Assembly: GCA_965222155.1 (NCBI GenBank)
Contig: CBDCTH010000012.1
Span: 1,696,001-1,760,000 of the forward strand
Length of the DNA stretch: 64,000 nucleotides
DNA from: Gammaproteobacteria bacterium
GTDB taxonomy: Bacteria > Pseudomonadota > Gammaproteobacteria > Eutrophobiales > Eutrophobiaceae
Reading direction: 5' to 3'
Shown here: positions 40,202-49,811 of the stretch, piece by piece
Position numbering within the stretch: position 1 is the stretch's first letter
How the letters are laid out: each line of letters opens with the position of its first letter
Made by a program: the position numbers and the translations under genes
The notes under the pieces: generated by a model
Databases searched by the model: none
Told to the model about the DNA's origin: nothing
What the model saw: the letters and a program-made list of their open reading frames with translations, nothing else

Positions 40202-40277
40202 ATCGCTCTCCTGGAAGTGTGTTAAGGAAACCCTTACTTAATCTGAGGTTCCTGTAAACCCAGTTACCCTGCTGTAA

Positions 40278-41414
40278 TCAGTGTTTCACGGTCCTGCTGC
40301 GGTTTACCCGGGCAAAAATAATAACCGCCAACACCGCCGCCGGCCACTGTATCCACGCGATTGCTTCATAACCCGTCTCCTCTATGAGAAACGCGCCGAA
40401 AACAGGACCAAGCGCGGTACTGAGAACAAATACGCCACCGGCGATGGCTGCCCAGCGGCCTTTAGCGTCGACGCCGGCTGCCAGGGTCAACATCAGCGGT
40501 ATCATTATAATGAACAACACTGCCTCAAAAAAGGCGACTATTCCCAGCATGATAACAGAGTCGGTCCAGACAGCCAGGGTAACCGACACTGCATGCAATA
40601 CCGTGGTTGCGCATAGTCCCGCCACCAGACCGAACCTGCCGGCTACCGGCGCGGCAAGCAGTCCGCCGATAATGCCGGCAATCTGAACCGCGGCAACGAT
40701 GCGGCCGGTTTCAGACGGATCGGCGCCGATCTGTACAGCCAGACGTTCCAGAAAAGCGTAATACGCCATCATGCTGATACCGATGACCATGATGCCGGCC
40801 ATAAGGATAGAACCGGCGCGGATACTGTCCACAGGTAGCGAGAGCGCGGCTGACGCACTGCCACGCTCCGGCAAGAACCAGACTAAAGGCAGGAACATCA
40901 GCAGCGTTACTGCCAGGTATCCATACAAGATATCATACGTAACCAGGTCGTTGCTCTCGGTAATCACGATGGCCATGATGGAGGTGAAAATGTAGGCTGC
41001 AGCCCAGGCCAGACCGTACAACAGGTCCGGAGCACGCGCCTGCGCAATCGCGGCATTGACCGTCGCCATCAGGCAACCGCAGCCCGCCCCTGCCAATATC
41101 CGCCATGGATACAGTTCATTGAGGTTAGCGGCCGTTGCTGCGCCTGCATGTCCCGCCAACAGCAGGATACCTCCTGCAAGTGCCAGGAGACGATACGGTA
41201 TCCTGACGCTGACGGGCGCCACCAGGATGCTGGTGATACCCATGACCAGCAGTTCGACTGTTATCAGGGCGCCTGCTTCAACTTCACCGATATTCAGTCC
41301 GATAATCAGACCGCCGACAGCCAGTGGAGACAGAATGACCGACGCGATCGCCAATACCTGGGCAGCGCAAGTACCGATAATGTGTCGAACGGGGTCGCGG
41401 GTTTGATCAGCCAA
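40278..41414 (-). CDS. MFS transporter
   Basis: About 12 TM helices, RILAGAG.G motif. Confidence 0.85.
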   Translation of the reverse strand: MADQTRDPVRHIIGTCAAQVLAIASVILSPLAVGGLIIGLNIGEVEAGALITVELLVMGITSILVAPVSVRIPYRLLALAGGILLLAGHAGAATAANLNELYPWRILAGAGCGCLMATVNAAIAQARAPDLLYGLAWAAAYIFTSIMAIVITESNDLVTYDILYGYLAVTLLMFLPLVWFLPERGSASAALSLPVDSIRAGSILMAGIMVIGISMMAYYAFLERLAVQIGADPSETGRIVAAVQIAGIIGGLLAAPVAGRFGLVAGLCATTVLHAVSVTLAVWTDSVIMLGIVAFFEAVLFIIMIPLMLTLAAGVDAKGRWAAIAGGVFVLSTALGPVFGAFLIEETGYEAIAWIQWPAAVLAVIIFARVNRSRTVKH

Positions 41415-42018
41415 TTTGAATACGGAGCGGGGTGGATTTGCCGCCTATGGGATCGATTCCCTCAATCGTTAGATCCGCTGAACACGCGGTTACCGCGATA
41501 ATAACGTCCATTTCAGCCCTGAACTCAACATAGTCACCTGCCTTACTGAGTGTTTGCCCAACTGCGAAATCGCCATTGGGCTTCGGCGCCGTATTCTGAA
41601 ACAGGTTAAAGGGGTCCGGTGGCGGTTCCATGCTGATGTCCAGTTCCTTAATGGCCCAGTAAAAATTATCCCTGCAGTTGGGATGTGATGCATTCGCTCC
41701 AAGGTCTACATAGAAACCCGGATCACAGGGAGCGAAAGCCATGTCGTGGCGACCCGGAGACGTATCATCCAGAAAGGTCAGCATGGGCCGGCGGCGATTA
41801 CTGTACAGGAAGTCGCCTGGTTTGGGCACCAACCTGAAGATGACCTGGCGCGTCAACGCCGGGCTGAAGTATTCGTGCGGGCTGTCATTGGATAGAATGA
41901 ACATATCGGCAATCTGGCAACCTTCCACATCGATTACCCGGAAAATACCACCCCGTTCAAGACGGAGGGCGCGGCCCTCGTAACCTGGTATTTCAATGCC
42001 GTTATCTGCCATGGTCAT
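41407..42018 (-). CDS. Urea-carboxylase-associated family protein (DUF1989)
   Basis: DVEGCQIAD, DTSPGRHD...C, HPNCRDN, PFNLFQN, AEMD..AVTACS. Confidence 0.88.
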   Translation of the reverse strand: MTMADNGIEIPGYEGRALRLERGGIFRVIDVEGCQIADMFILSNDSPHEYFSPALTRQVIFRLVPKPGDFLYSNRRRPMLTFLDDTSPGRHDMAFAPCDPGFYVDLGANASHPNCRDNFYWAIKELDISMEPPPDPFNLFQNTAPKPNGDFAVGQTLSKAGDYVEFRAEMDVIIAVTACSADLTIEGIDPIGGKSTPLRIQIG

Positions 42019-42115
42019 ACTCTCATTCTAACTGATTGAATAATAAGAACTTATAAATAGGGGTGTTAAACTTGTGTTATAACTGTTTGCGTGACCTGCA
42101 GTTCTTTCACTGTTC

Positions 42116-42544
42116 CTATGCTGTACGGCTGATTATTTTAACCAGCGAACGGACAATTGTTTTGGAGACCTTTGAGAAGAGTTTAGGGGGCAAAACACCA
42201 TAACTGTATTTCTTCTTACCTGATTTGGTTATTGGCCTGATATCCGGGCCGGGCCAGGTAAACCGATTCACTTCATTGCAGATAATCCATGAACGGTCGC
42301 TGTCCAGGCCCAGGTATTCTTTTACTTTGCGCGGGATTTCCACCACCATATCAGGATTCTCCTGTTCTCTGTGTGTAATCGGCACAACTGTGACTACAAG
42401 ATGGTTTCCCTTTATTTTCCTGGATAAAACAACTGCACACGGCCTGTCTTTTACACCTTCGTCCCGCCCTGTCAGGTAATCTTTACGCCAGAGATATGAG
42501 TAGCTGATAACAAAACCCGGAAACGGCTCTGGAATCTGTGTCAT
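42116..42544 (-). CDS. PemK/MazF-like toxin
   Basis: YSYLW...EG.KDRPCAVV, VVPITH, SWIICNEVNRF.WPGPD; downstream of an antitoxin. Confidence 0.75.
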   Translation of the reverse strand: MTQIPEPFPGFVISYSYLWRKDYLTGRDEGVKDRPCAVVLSRKIKGNHLVVTVVPITHREQENPDMVVEIPRKVKEYLGLDSDRSWIICNEVNRFTWPGPDIRPITKSGKKKYSYGVLPPKLFSKVSKTIVRSLVKIISRTA

Positions 42545-42559
42545 CTGGCGTTTTTCTTA

Positions 42560-42820
42560 TTATTCCTTGTTGAGCAATTCATTCAGGTAGGCGTATTCTT
42601 CAGGTACATTTGCCGAGGCGATGTCACGAATGTCTTCTTCGCTTAATTCCTCGACTCCCATTACCTGTCTGTCACGGCGTTTAAGGCGTCGGTACTCTTC
42701 AGTCGATAGCAAGATATATTTTTCCCGGCCATTTCGGGTAATAGACACGGGTTCTTTTAAAACCAATTCTTGAATATCACCAATATGACGCTGTAGTTCA
42801 GTAATTGTGACACTTGCCAT
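42560..42820 (-). CDS. Phd/YefM-family antitoxin
   Basis: V..TELQR, EPVSITRNGR...LLS.EEY.RL. Confidence 0.88.
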   Translation of the reverse strand: MASVTITELQRHIGDIQELVLKEPVSITRNGREKYILLSTEEYRRLKRRDRQVMGVEELSEEDIRDIASANVPEEYAYLNELLNKE

Positions 42821-42838
42821 GAGCGTATCCCGTAGACT

Positions 42839-42869
42839 ATATATTCTACATATAATATGTAGAATATAT
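42839..42869. promoter_or_regulatory. Perfect 15-1-15 inverted repeat ATATATTCTACATAT-A-ATATGTAGAATATAT, likely antitoxin operator
   Basis: Lies about 20 bp upstream of the antitoxin start; followed by 15-bp tandem ACACACTATATTGAC x2 (42880-42909). Confidence 0.75.
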
Positions 42870-43007
42870 CAAAATATCAACACACTATATTGACACACAC
42901 TATATTGACCTCGAGTTAGCGGAAACGCCTGTTGAATTCATCTTCATTTTGTATAACAACTTCAATTAAGCTAATGTAATACCTTCCGTTTCAAGGTATG
43001 CGCGGCA

Positions 43008-46000
43008 ATGGCAGAATCATTTTACGAAAGACCTATCCTGAATTCGCCCTACGAGGAACCCGGGCTGCATCATCGTTTGGATGATGCCGGTCAACCCGTG
43101 GATGGTCCGCCCGAAACCGGCCGCAGACGCTCAGAACTGATCAGTCCTGTTCCCAAACCAAGGCTACGCCGCCAGGCGGGCACCCTGGAACAGGTTACTT
43201 TGACACTCTCATCGGGGGACGGCATTTCATCCTCTGAACAGGAATATGATCCGTTTCCAATCATCAATGATATTCGTTCCCACGTCGCTGACTGGCGTAA
43301 GCTTCCAAGCCGCAATGATTGGGGAGTGACTCCGGCTACTGCACGTTTGTTGCACCACTGGCGGCATCATCATTTCCAGGGTATACGGCCTTTTTTCTGC
43401 CAGATAGAGGCCGTGGAAACCATTATCTGGTTGACGGAAGTCGAACACCGGCAAAAGAAGCACAAGCACATCTGGAAGCATATTCAAAACGCCAACGAGC
43501 AGGCCAACCCGGAACTGTTGCGGCTGGCCTTGAAGATGGCGACAGGCGCCGGCAAAACAACGGTCATGGCCATGCTGATTGCCTGGCAGACTGTCAACGC
43601 AGTCCGCACACCAGGCAGCAAACTCTTCACTCGTGGTTTCCTGGTCGTGACGCCGGGCATCACCATTCGCGACCGCCTGCGAGTCTTGCAGCCAAACGAT
43701 CCTGACAGTTACTACAAGACTCGGGAACTGGTCCCTGTGGATATGCTGGAAGAGATCAACAAGGCCCGGATTGTCATTACCAATTTCCATGCATTCCAGC
43801 TTCGCGAAGTCATGGATACCGGCAAAGTCGGCAAGGCCCTGCTGCAGGGGCGCGATCAAGCACTGCATACGTCTGAGACCGAGGGTCAGATGATCAAGCG
43901 GGTTGCCGAAGAATTGATGGGATTTAAAAACATCGTCGTGATCAATGATGAAGCGCACCACTGTTACCGGGAGAAACCCGATAATGAAGATATCGCGGGT
44001 CTCACGGCTGACGAGAAAAAGGAGGCAACTGAAGAGAATAAGGCTGCTCGTATCTGGATCAACGGCATCGAGACCTTCAAGCGTAAACTCGGTGTGCGCG
44101 CCGTTTACGACTTATCCGCAACGCCTTTTTTCCTGCGCGGTTCCGGTTGGGCAGAGGGAACCCTGTTCCCCTGGACAGTCAGTGATTTTTCCCTCATGGA
44201 CGCCATCGAAAGCGGTATCGTCAAGCTTCCCCGAGTGCCTGTCTCCGACAATATCCCAAATGAAGAAATGCCGATCTTCCGGGACCTGTGGAAACACATC
44301 AGCAAAAACATGCCCAAAAAAGGCAGACAGACGGGCGGCGACCCCTTGGCGCTCCCGGAAAAACTCCAGACCGCGTTGCACGCACTCTATAGCCATTATG
44401 AGCAAACCCATCAACGCTGGGAACAGGACGGCATTGAAGCTCCACCCGTGTTCATCGTCGTCTGTAACAACACGTCAACATCCAAGCTGGTCTATGAATG
44501 GATTTCCGGCTGGCAACGTCCTGACGAAGACGGTGAAGAGGTATTCATGCACTCCGGTCATTTGGCATTATTTCGGAATTTCGATGAACATGGCAACCGC
44601 CTGCCCCGACCCAATACCTTGCTGATTGACAGCCGCCAACTCGAATCGGGTGAGGCGCTGGATAAGAATTTCCGCAAGGCGGCAGCGCTCGAAATCGAAC
44701 AATTCAAACGCGAAATAATCCAGCGTTCCGGTGCCGGTAACGGGGGCGATATCTCCGATGCCGAACTGCTGCGCGAGGTCATGAACACGATCGGCAAGAA
44801 AGACCGCCTGGGTGAACAGGTGCGTTGCGTAGTCTCAGTCGCCATGTTGACGGAAGGTTGGGATGCAAACACGGTCACCCATATCCTGGGCATCCGGGCT
44901 TTCGGCACCCAGTTACTTTGCGAACAGGTCGTTGGGCGCAGTTTGCGCCGTTACTCTTACGACCTGGATGATGGTTTATTCACTGTGGAATACTCCGACA
45001 TCATGGGTATTCCCTTTAACTTCACGGCCAAACCGCAGGTGGCGCCGGTCAAACCACCTCGAAAGACAACCAGAGTCCATGCTGTCCGTGAACGAGCGAC
45101 GCTGGAGATCGTCTTCCCGCGCGTCACCGGCTACCGGGTTGAACTACCCGAAGACAACCTGACTGCCAGGTTCACCGACGATTCAAAACTGGTACTGACC
45201 CCGGAGATGGTCGGCCCCGGCCAGACACTGATGGCAGGTATTGTCGGCGAGAACGTTATGATCTCAGCAGCTGAGGCACGGGCAACACGGCCCAGCACGA
45301 TTACATACGACTTATCCAAACACTTGCTTTACAAGTTCTTCAGGGATAAAGACCAACAACCCAAGCTGTACCTCTTCGGACAGATAAGACGCATTGCACG
45401 CCAATGGATCGACGGCGGTTACCTCGAGTGCCGGGGCAACACCGGTAAGTGGATGCTGGAATACCGAAATATCGCAGACCAAGCCGGAGAGCGTATCTAC
45501 AATGCCATCGTGAACGCCATATTGGACAAGCGTCGAATTCGGGCGGTGCTAGACCCTTACAACCCGAAATCCTCCACCTCCTATGTGAGTTTCTCCACAA
45601 GCAAGGATTTATATACTGCGGCGCCGGATAAGTGTCATGTGAACTACGTCGCCCTCGACAGCGCCTGGGAAGCCGAGTTCGCCCGGGTTGTGGAACAGCA
45701 TCCCAGGGTAAGCTCTTATGTCAAAAACCAGGGGCTGGGCCTTGAGGTTCCATACAAGGATGGATCGTCGGCACGGGTTTATGTTCCCGACTTTATCGTC
45801 CTGATTGATGACGGCAACGGCCCTGATGATCCACTACACATGGTAGTCGAGATCAAAGGCCGTCGTTACGAGAACGTCAAGCTGAAGTCAGAAACCATGC
45901 GTACCCAGTGGCTGGTCGGCGTAAACAATCTTGGCAACTTCGGTCGCTGGGAGTTCGCAGAGCTTTCCGATGTGTATGCGATGGGAAGTGACCTTACGGA

Positions 46001-46055
46001 AAAAATCAAGGCGGAATTCGGAGAAATTGTCGATAACCATATTCCCTGCTCCTGA
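43008..46055 (+). CDS. Type III restriction endonuclease subunit (Res, BPTD_3080-like)
   Basis: PILNSPY.EP, PFFCQIEA, MATGAGKT, NDEAHH, LSATPF, EGWD, C-terminal PDF...VEIKG nuclease motif. Confidence 0.9.
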   Translation: MAESFYERPILNSPYEEPGLHHRLDDAGQPVDGPPETGRRRSELISPVPKPRLRRQAGTLEQVTLTLSSGDGISSSEQEYDPFPIINDIRSHVADWRKLPSRNDWGVTPATARLLHHWRHHHFQGIRPFFCQIEAVETIIWLTEVEHRQKKHKHIWKHIQNANEQANPELLRLALKMATGAGKTTVMAMLIAWQTVNAVRTPGSKLFTRGFLVVTPGITIRDRLRVLQPNDPDSYYKTRELVPVDMLEEINKARIVITNFHAFQLREVMDTGKVGKALLQGRDQALHTSETEGQMIKRVAEELMGFKNIVVINDEAHHCYREKPDNEDIAGLTADEKKEATEENKAARIWINGIETFKRKLGVRAVYDLSATPFFLRGSGWAEGTLFPWTVSDFSLMDAIESGIVKLPRVPVSDNIPNEEMPIFRDLWKHISKNMPKKGRQTGGDPLALPEKLQTALHALYSHYEQTHQRWEQDGIEAPPVFIVVCNNTSTSKLVYEWISGWQRPDEDGEEVFMHSGHLALFRNFDEHGNRLPRPNTLLIDSRQLESGEALDKNFRKAAALEIEQFKREIIQRSGAGNGGDISDAELLREVMNTIGKKDRLGEQVRCVVSVAMLTEGWDANTVTHILGIRAFGTQLLCEQVVGRSLRRYSYDLDDGLFTVEYSDIMGIPFNFTAKPQVAPVKPPRKTTRVHAVRERATLEIVFPRVTGYRVELPEDNLTARFTDDSKLVLTPEMVGPGQTLMAGIVGENVMISAAEARATRPSTITYDLSKHLLYKFFRDKDQQPKLYLFGQIRRIARQWIDGGYLECRGNTGKWMLEYRNIADQAGERIYNAIVNAILDKRRIRAVLDPYNPKSSTSYVSFSTSKDLYTAAPDKCHVNYVALDSAWEAEFARVVEQHPRVSSYVKNQGLGLEVPYKDGSSARVYVPDFIVLIDDGNGPDDPLHMVVEIKGRRYENVKLKSETMRTQWLVGVNNLGNFGRWEFAELSDVYAMGSDLTEKIKAEFGEIVDNHIPCS

Positions 46056-46075
46056 TGCTGTGCTATATTGGCGCC

Positions 46076-46327
46076 ATGGAACCTCATGTTCAAATCCTGT
46101 TTGCAATCGTGGGCGTCGGTGTCGCCCTGGCCGGGCTTATCCTGCGCTTGGGAACGCGCATCGACAAGCTGGACGACAGGCTGGGCAAGTTGAGTGACAG
46201 GCTGGGCCAGGTCGAACAAGGTCTGGCAGCTCTCAAGGCCACCGTGGAAACCTTCTTCCGTCTGCGCGTGGATCCGCCCGATTCCCCTGCGCCGGACGAT
46301 AAGCACAGGACCGGTACGGACGGTTAA
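46076..46327 (+). CDS. Small TM plus coiled-coil protein
   Basis: ILFAIVGVGVALAGLIL followed by heptads RIDKLDDRLGKLSDRLGQVE. Confidence 0.65.
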   Translation: MEPHVQILFAIVGVGVALAGLILRLGTRIDKLDDRLGKLSDRLGQVEQGLAALKATVETFFRLRVDPPDSPAPDDKHRTGTDG

Positions 46328-46329
46328 CA

Positions 46330-46431
46330 ATGAAATTACTCCTTGACGAGTCTGTTCCCCGACTTTTTGCTCGTAGTTTCCCTGGCGCACTTCATATCAA
46401 AACAGTTACTCAGGTGGGCTGACTTGGAATA
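46330..46431 (+). pseudogene. PIN-like (DUF5615) toxin N-terminal remnant
   Basis: MKLLLDESVPR...IKTVTQVG*LGI; TGA at the position where Trp is usual; sequence then runs into the MITE-like element. Confidence 0.6.
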
Positions 46432-46439
46432 AAGTTATA

Positions 46440-46597
46440 TTAAGGAAGCTCTGATCAAGTCCGTCCAGGACTTGTCAGAGTGCGGAAAACAAAAATACTA
46501 TTTTGTTTTCCTTACAAAATCAATTACATATAGTCATTTATTTTGACGGTACATCCATGCACCGCAGGAACCTCTGACTTAATCAGAGGTTCCTTAA
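46440..46597. mobile_element. MITE-like element, 158 bp, 22-bp imperfect terminal inverted repeats bounded by TTAA
   Basis: Left TTAAGGAAGCTCTGATCAAGTC versus reverse complement of right end TTAAGGAACCTCTGATTAAGTC (20/22); no ORF. Confidence 0.7.
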
Positions 46598-46672
46598 CGT
46601 TAAAAAAACAAACCTGATATCGGGTTATTCAGTATTCTTGTTTCACGAGTGTAACAGCGTTATACTGCCAAC

Positions 46673-46873
46673 ATGAGCAGAGAGTTTTGGGCAATCATTA
46701 CAGTAGGCAGCGCGCTCGCAGGATTGATAGCCCCCTTATATGGGTGCGTAGAAAATCTTGATCGGCGAATAGATTCACTCAACCAGCGAATTACCCGCGT
46801 AGAAGTTCACCTGGAGTATCTCGTCGGGCGCCGCCAGGAAATGGTATCCGTCACGCCGGCGGACGCTGGCTGA
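46673..46873 (+). CDS. Small TM plus coiled-coil protein
   Basis: MSREFWAIITVGSALAGLI...LDRRIDSLNQRITRVE; paralog-like to 46076-46327. Confidence 0.6.
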   Translation: MSREFWAIITVGSALAGLIAPLYGCVENLDRRIDSLNQRITRVEVHLEYLVGRRQEMVSVTPADAG

Positions 46874-47023
46874 CATCATTTCAAAATCAAATGGGGCCTT
46901 GCGTATGAAGTTTGTTGTCAAGGAATCCTGCCCCCGGAAATGCCTTATCACAACGGCTTTCAGGATACCAGGCCCGGACGAACCAACGAAGCAAGACCAG
47001 GCCGCCTGATTGAACCGGACGCT

Positions 47024-49803
47024 ATGGCCGGAAGACGGCAATCCGCAAAAAAGGTCGAAACTCTCACTCACAAGGAAGCCAGGAGAAAGAATATTCCCAC
47101 TGTGGAATACGAACCTTCCCTGCACGACGCTGACAAGTCTCCCATCCCGGTCAGCTATGCACGCCGCAATAAAGACCTGGACCCACAACTGGTTTGGCGC
47201 GGCAAAGACAATCAGGACTGGTCGGACCTGGTGGTGCAGGCCCCGCCCCTGTATATCCAGGAAAAAATTCACCCCAAAGCAATCATCGACGACCTGAAAC
47301 GACAGTCAGAGTCCCGTCGGGATGAACCGCCCGTCACACTGGACCTGTTTGCAGATTTCAACGGCCTGGAGGAAGCCGACAAGACCGAGTTCTACCAGCA
47401 CGAGCAGAACTGGCAAAATCGCATGATCCTGGGAGACAGCCTGCAGGTAATGGCAAGCCTGACGGAGCGGGAAGGACTGCGTGGCCAGGTGCAGTGCATT
47501 TATATCGATCCTCCCTATGGCATCAAGTTCAATTCCAACTGGCAGGTTTCGACCCGCTCACGGGATGTAAAGGATAGCAAAATGGAGCACGTTACCCGAG
47601 AGCCGGAGCAGGTGAAAGCATTCCGTGATACCTGGCGGCATGGTATCCACTCCTATCTGACGTACCTGCGCGACCGGTTGACTGTGGCAAGAGATTTACT
47701 GTCCGAGAGTGGTTCTATATTCGTGCAGATTGGGGATGAGAATGTGCATCGGGTACGGGCAGTGATGGATGAGGTGTTTGGGGAGGAGAATTTTTTGAGT
47801 GAGATAATCACTAAGAAAAGTGGAGGGATGGGCCAATCTCATCTCGACAACATAGCAGATTTTATAATTTGGTTTGCTAAAAACAAACAATTCGCAAAAT
47901 ACCACCAACTATTCGAAACAAAAAAATTCGGCAGTGGAGCTGGACTCCGTTATCGCACCGTCCAATTGAGTGATGGACGTACACGGAGAATGACCAACGA
48001 TGAAGTGGCAGATCCGTCATCTCTACCAGCCGATAGTAGAGTGTTTCTTGGCGGGCCTTTAATATCCGAGACTGCGAGTCGGTCAACAATCTTCGATTTC
48101 CTGTTGAATGGACGTCTCATCAAGATATCAAAAGGCGGCTGGAAAACTAGCCAAAGGGGAATGGCCCGATTAATTAAGGCCAACCGTTTGTTTAATACTA
48201 AAACATTCGTGAATTACAAATTATTTTTTGATGATTTCGCGGCGGTTAGCATACCGAATTTATGGCAGGATACCATGGGCACAGCGGAACAAAACAAAGT
48301 TTACGTTGTGCAAACCACATCGAAGGTTATTCAACGGTGTATCCTCATGGCTACCGACCCCGGTGACCTCGTCCTTGACCCCACCTGCGGTTCCGGCACC
48401 ACCGCTTACGTCGCTGAGCAGTGGGGACGCCGCTGGATCACCATCGATACCTCCCGCGTCGCCCTGGCCTTGGCACGCGCCCGACTCATGGGATCCCGAT
48501 ACCCTTATTACTTATTGGCGGATTCCCCGGAGGGCCAGAAGAAAGAAGCGGCACTCGCTCAAACAGTAGCGAAATCAGACCCCACGCACGGCAGTATTCG
48601 TCAAGGGTTTGTCTATGAACGGGTTCCCCACATCACGCTTAAATCCATCGCCAACAACACTGAAATAGACGTGATCTGGGAAAAATATCAGGAAACGCTG
48701 GAGCCTTTGCGCAAACAACTCAGCGCAGAACTTAGCCAGGCATGGCAGGAATGGGAAGTACCTCGTGATGCTGAAGACAGTTGGCCGGAGTCAGCTAAAC
48801 AATGTCACCGCGATTGGTGGCAGGCGCGTATCGCCAGACAAAAGGAAACCGATGCCTCCATCGCCACTTTGAGGCGCTGTACGATAAACCTTACACGGAT
48901 AATACCAAGGTGCGGGTTTCCGGTCCGTTTACCGTGGAGAACCTCTCCCCCCACCGTATGGTATCCGAAGAAGAAGATTACTCGTTTCCTTCAGAGGAAG
49001 ACACTGTCCAAGGGGGAGTCAGTGAAGCCATACCGTTAAATGATTTCACACAGATGGTGCTGGAAAACCTGAAGTCCGCCGGCGTTCACCAGGTCGCTAA
49101 AGAAGACAGGATCACCTTCTCCACTATTGAAGGCTGGCCCGGAACCTATATCGCCGCCGTTGGTCACTTTACAGAAGGTGACACCGAAAGACGTGCCGGG
49201 ATATTCATTGGGCCGGAGTACGGCACCATAACCCGTTCCGACCTGGCAACAGCCGCCAGAGAGGCCCAACAGGATCGTTTCGATGCCCTGATCGCCTGTG
49301 GTTTCAATTTCGACGCCCATACCTCGGAACTGACTAAGCTAGGCCCACTACCGATCCTGAAAGCACGCATGAATCCTGACCTGCACATGTCGGAAGAATT
49401 GAAAAACACTGGTTCGGGCAATCTGTTCGTCATCTTCGGCGAGCCGGATATCGAATGGCGTTTCGACGACGAGGGTAACATCGTAGTCGAAGTCCTGGGA
49501 GTGGACGTATTTGATCCGAAAACCAGCGAAGTGCGCGCCAGCGGCAAGGACGACATCGCTGCCTGGTTTATCGATACCGACTACAACCGGGAAAGCTTCT
49601 TTGTCCGTCACGCTTATTTCATGGGCGCCGGTGACCCCTATAAATCTCTGAAAACCAGCCTTAAGGCGGAAATCGACAAGGAAGCCTGGGAGACTCTGTA
49701 CCGCGACACATCCCGACCGTTTGCGCGCCCGGCAGCGGGACGGTTTGCCGTCAAAGTCATCAACCATTTCGGCGATGAGGTGATGAAAGTATTCGAGGTG
49801 TAA
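47024..49803 (+). pseudogene. Type III adenine DNA methyltransferase (Mod), frameshifted near 48866
   Basis: DPQLVWRGK, GDSL, YIDPPYG, LDPTCGSGTT in the first ORF; continuation FEALYDKP...RVSGPFTVE in another frame; junction GATGCCTCCATCGCC-AC-TTTGAGGCG. Confidence 0.8.
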
Positions 49804-49811
49804 CAACCCCC

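Noticed and set aside
46420-46422. TGA as selenocysteine or recoded Trp
   Set aside because: The gene is truncated right after; other genes use TGA as a normal stop; no SECIS-like element was recognised.
48850-48880. Phase-variable simple-sequence repeat in mod
   Set aside because: No homopolymer or short tandem tract at the frameshift.
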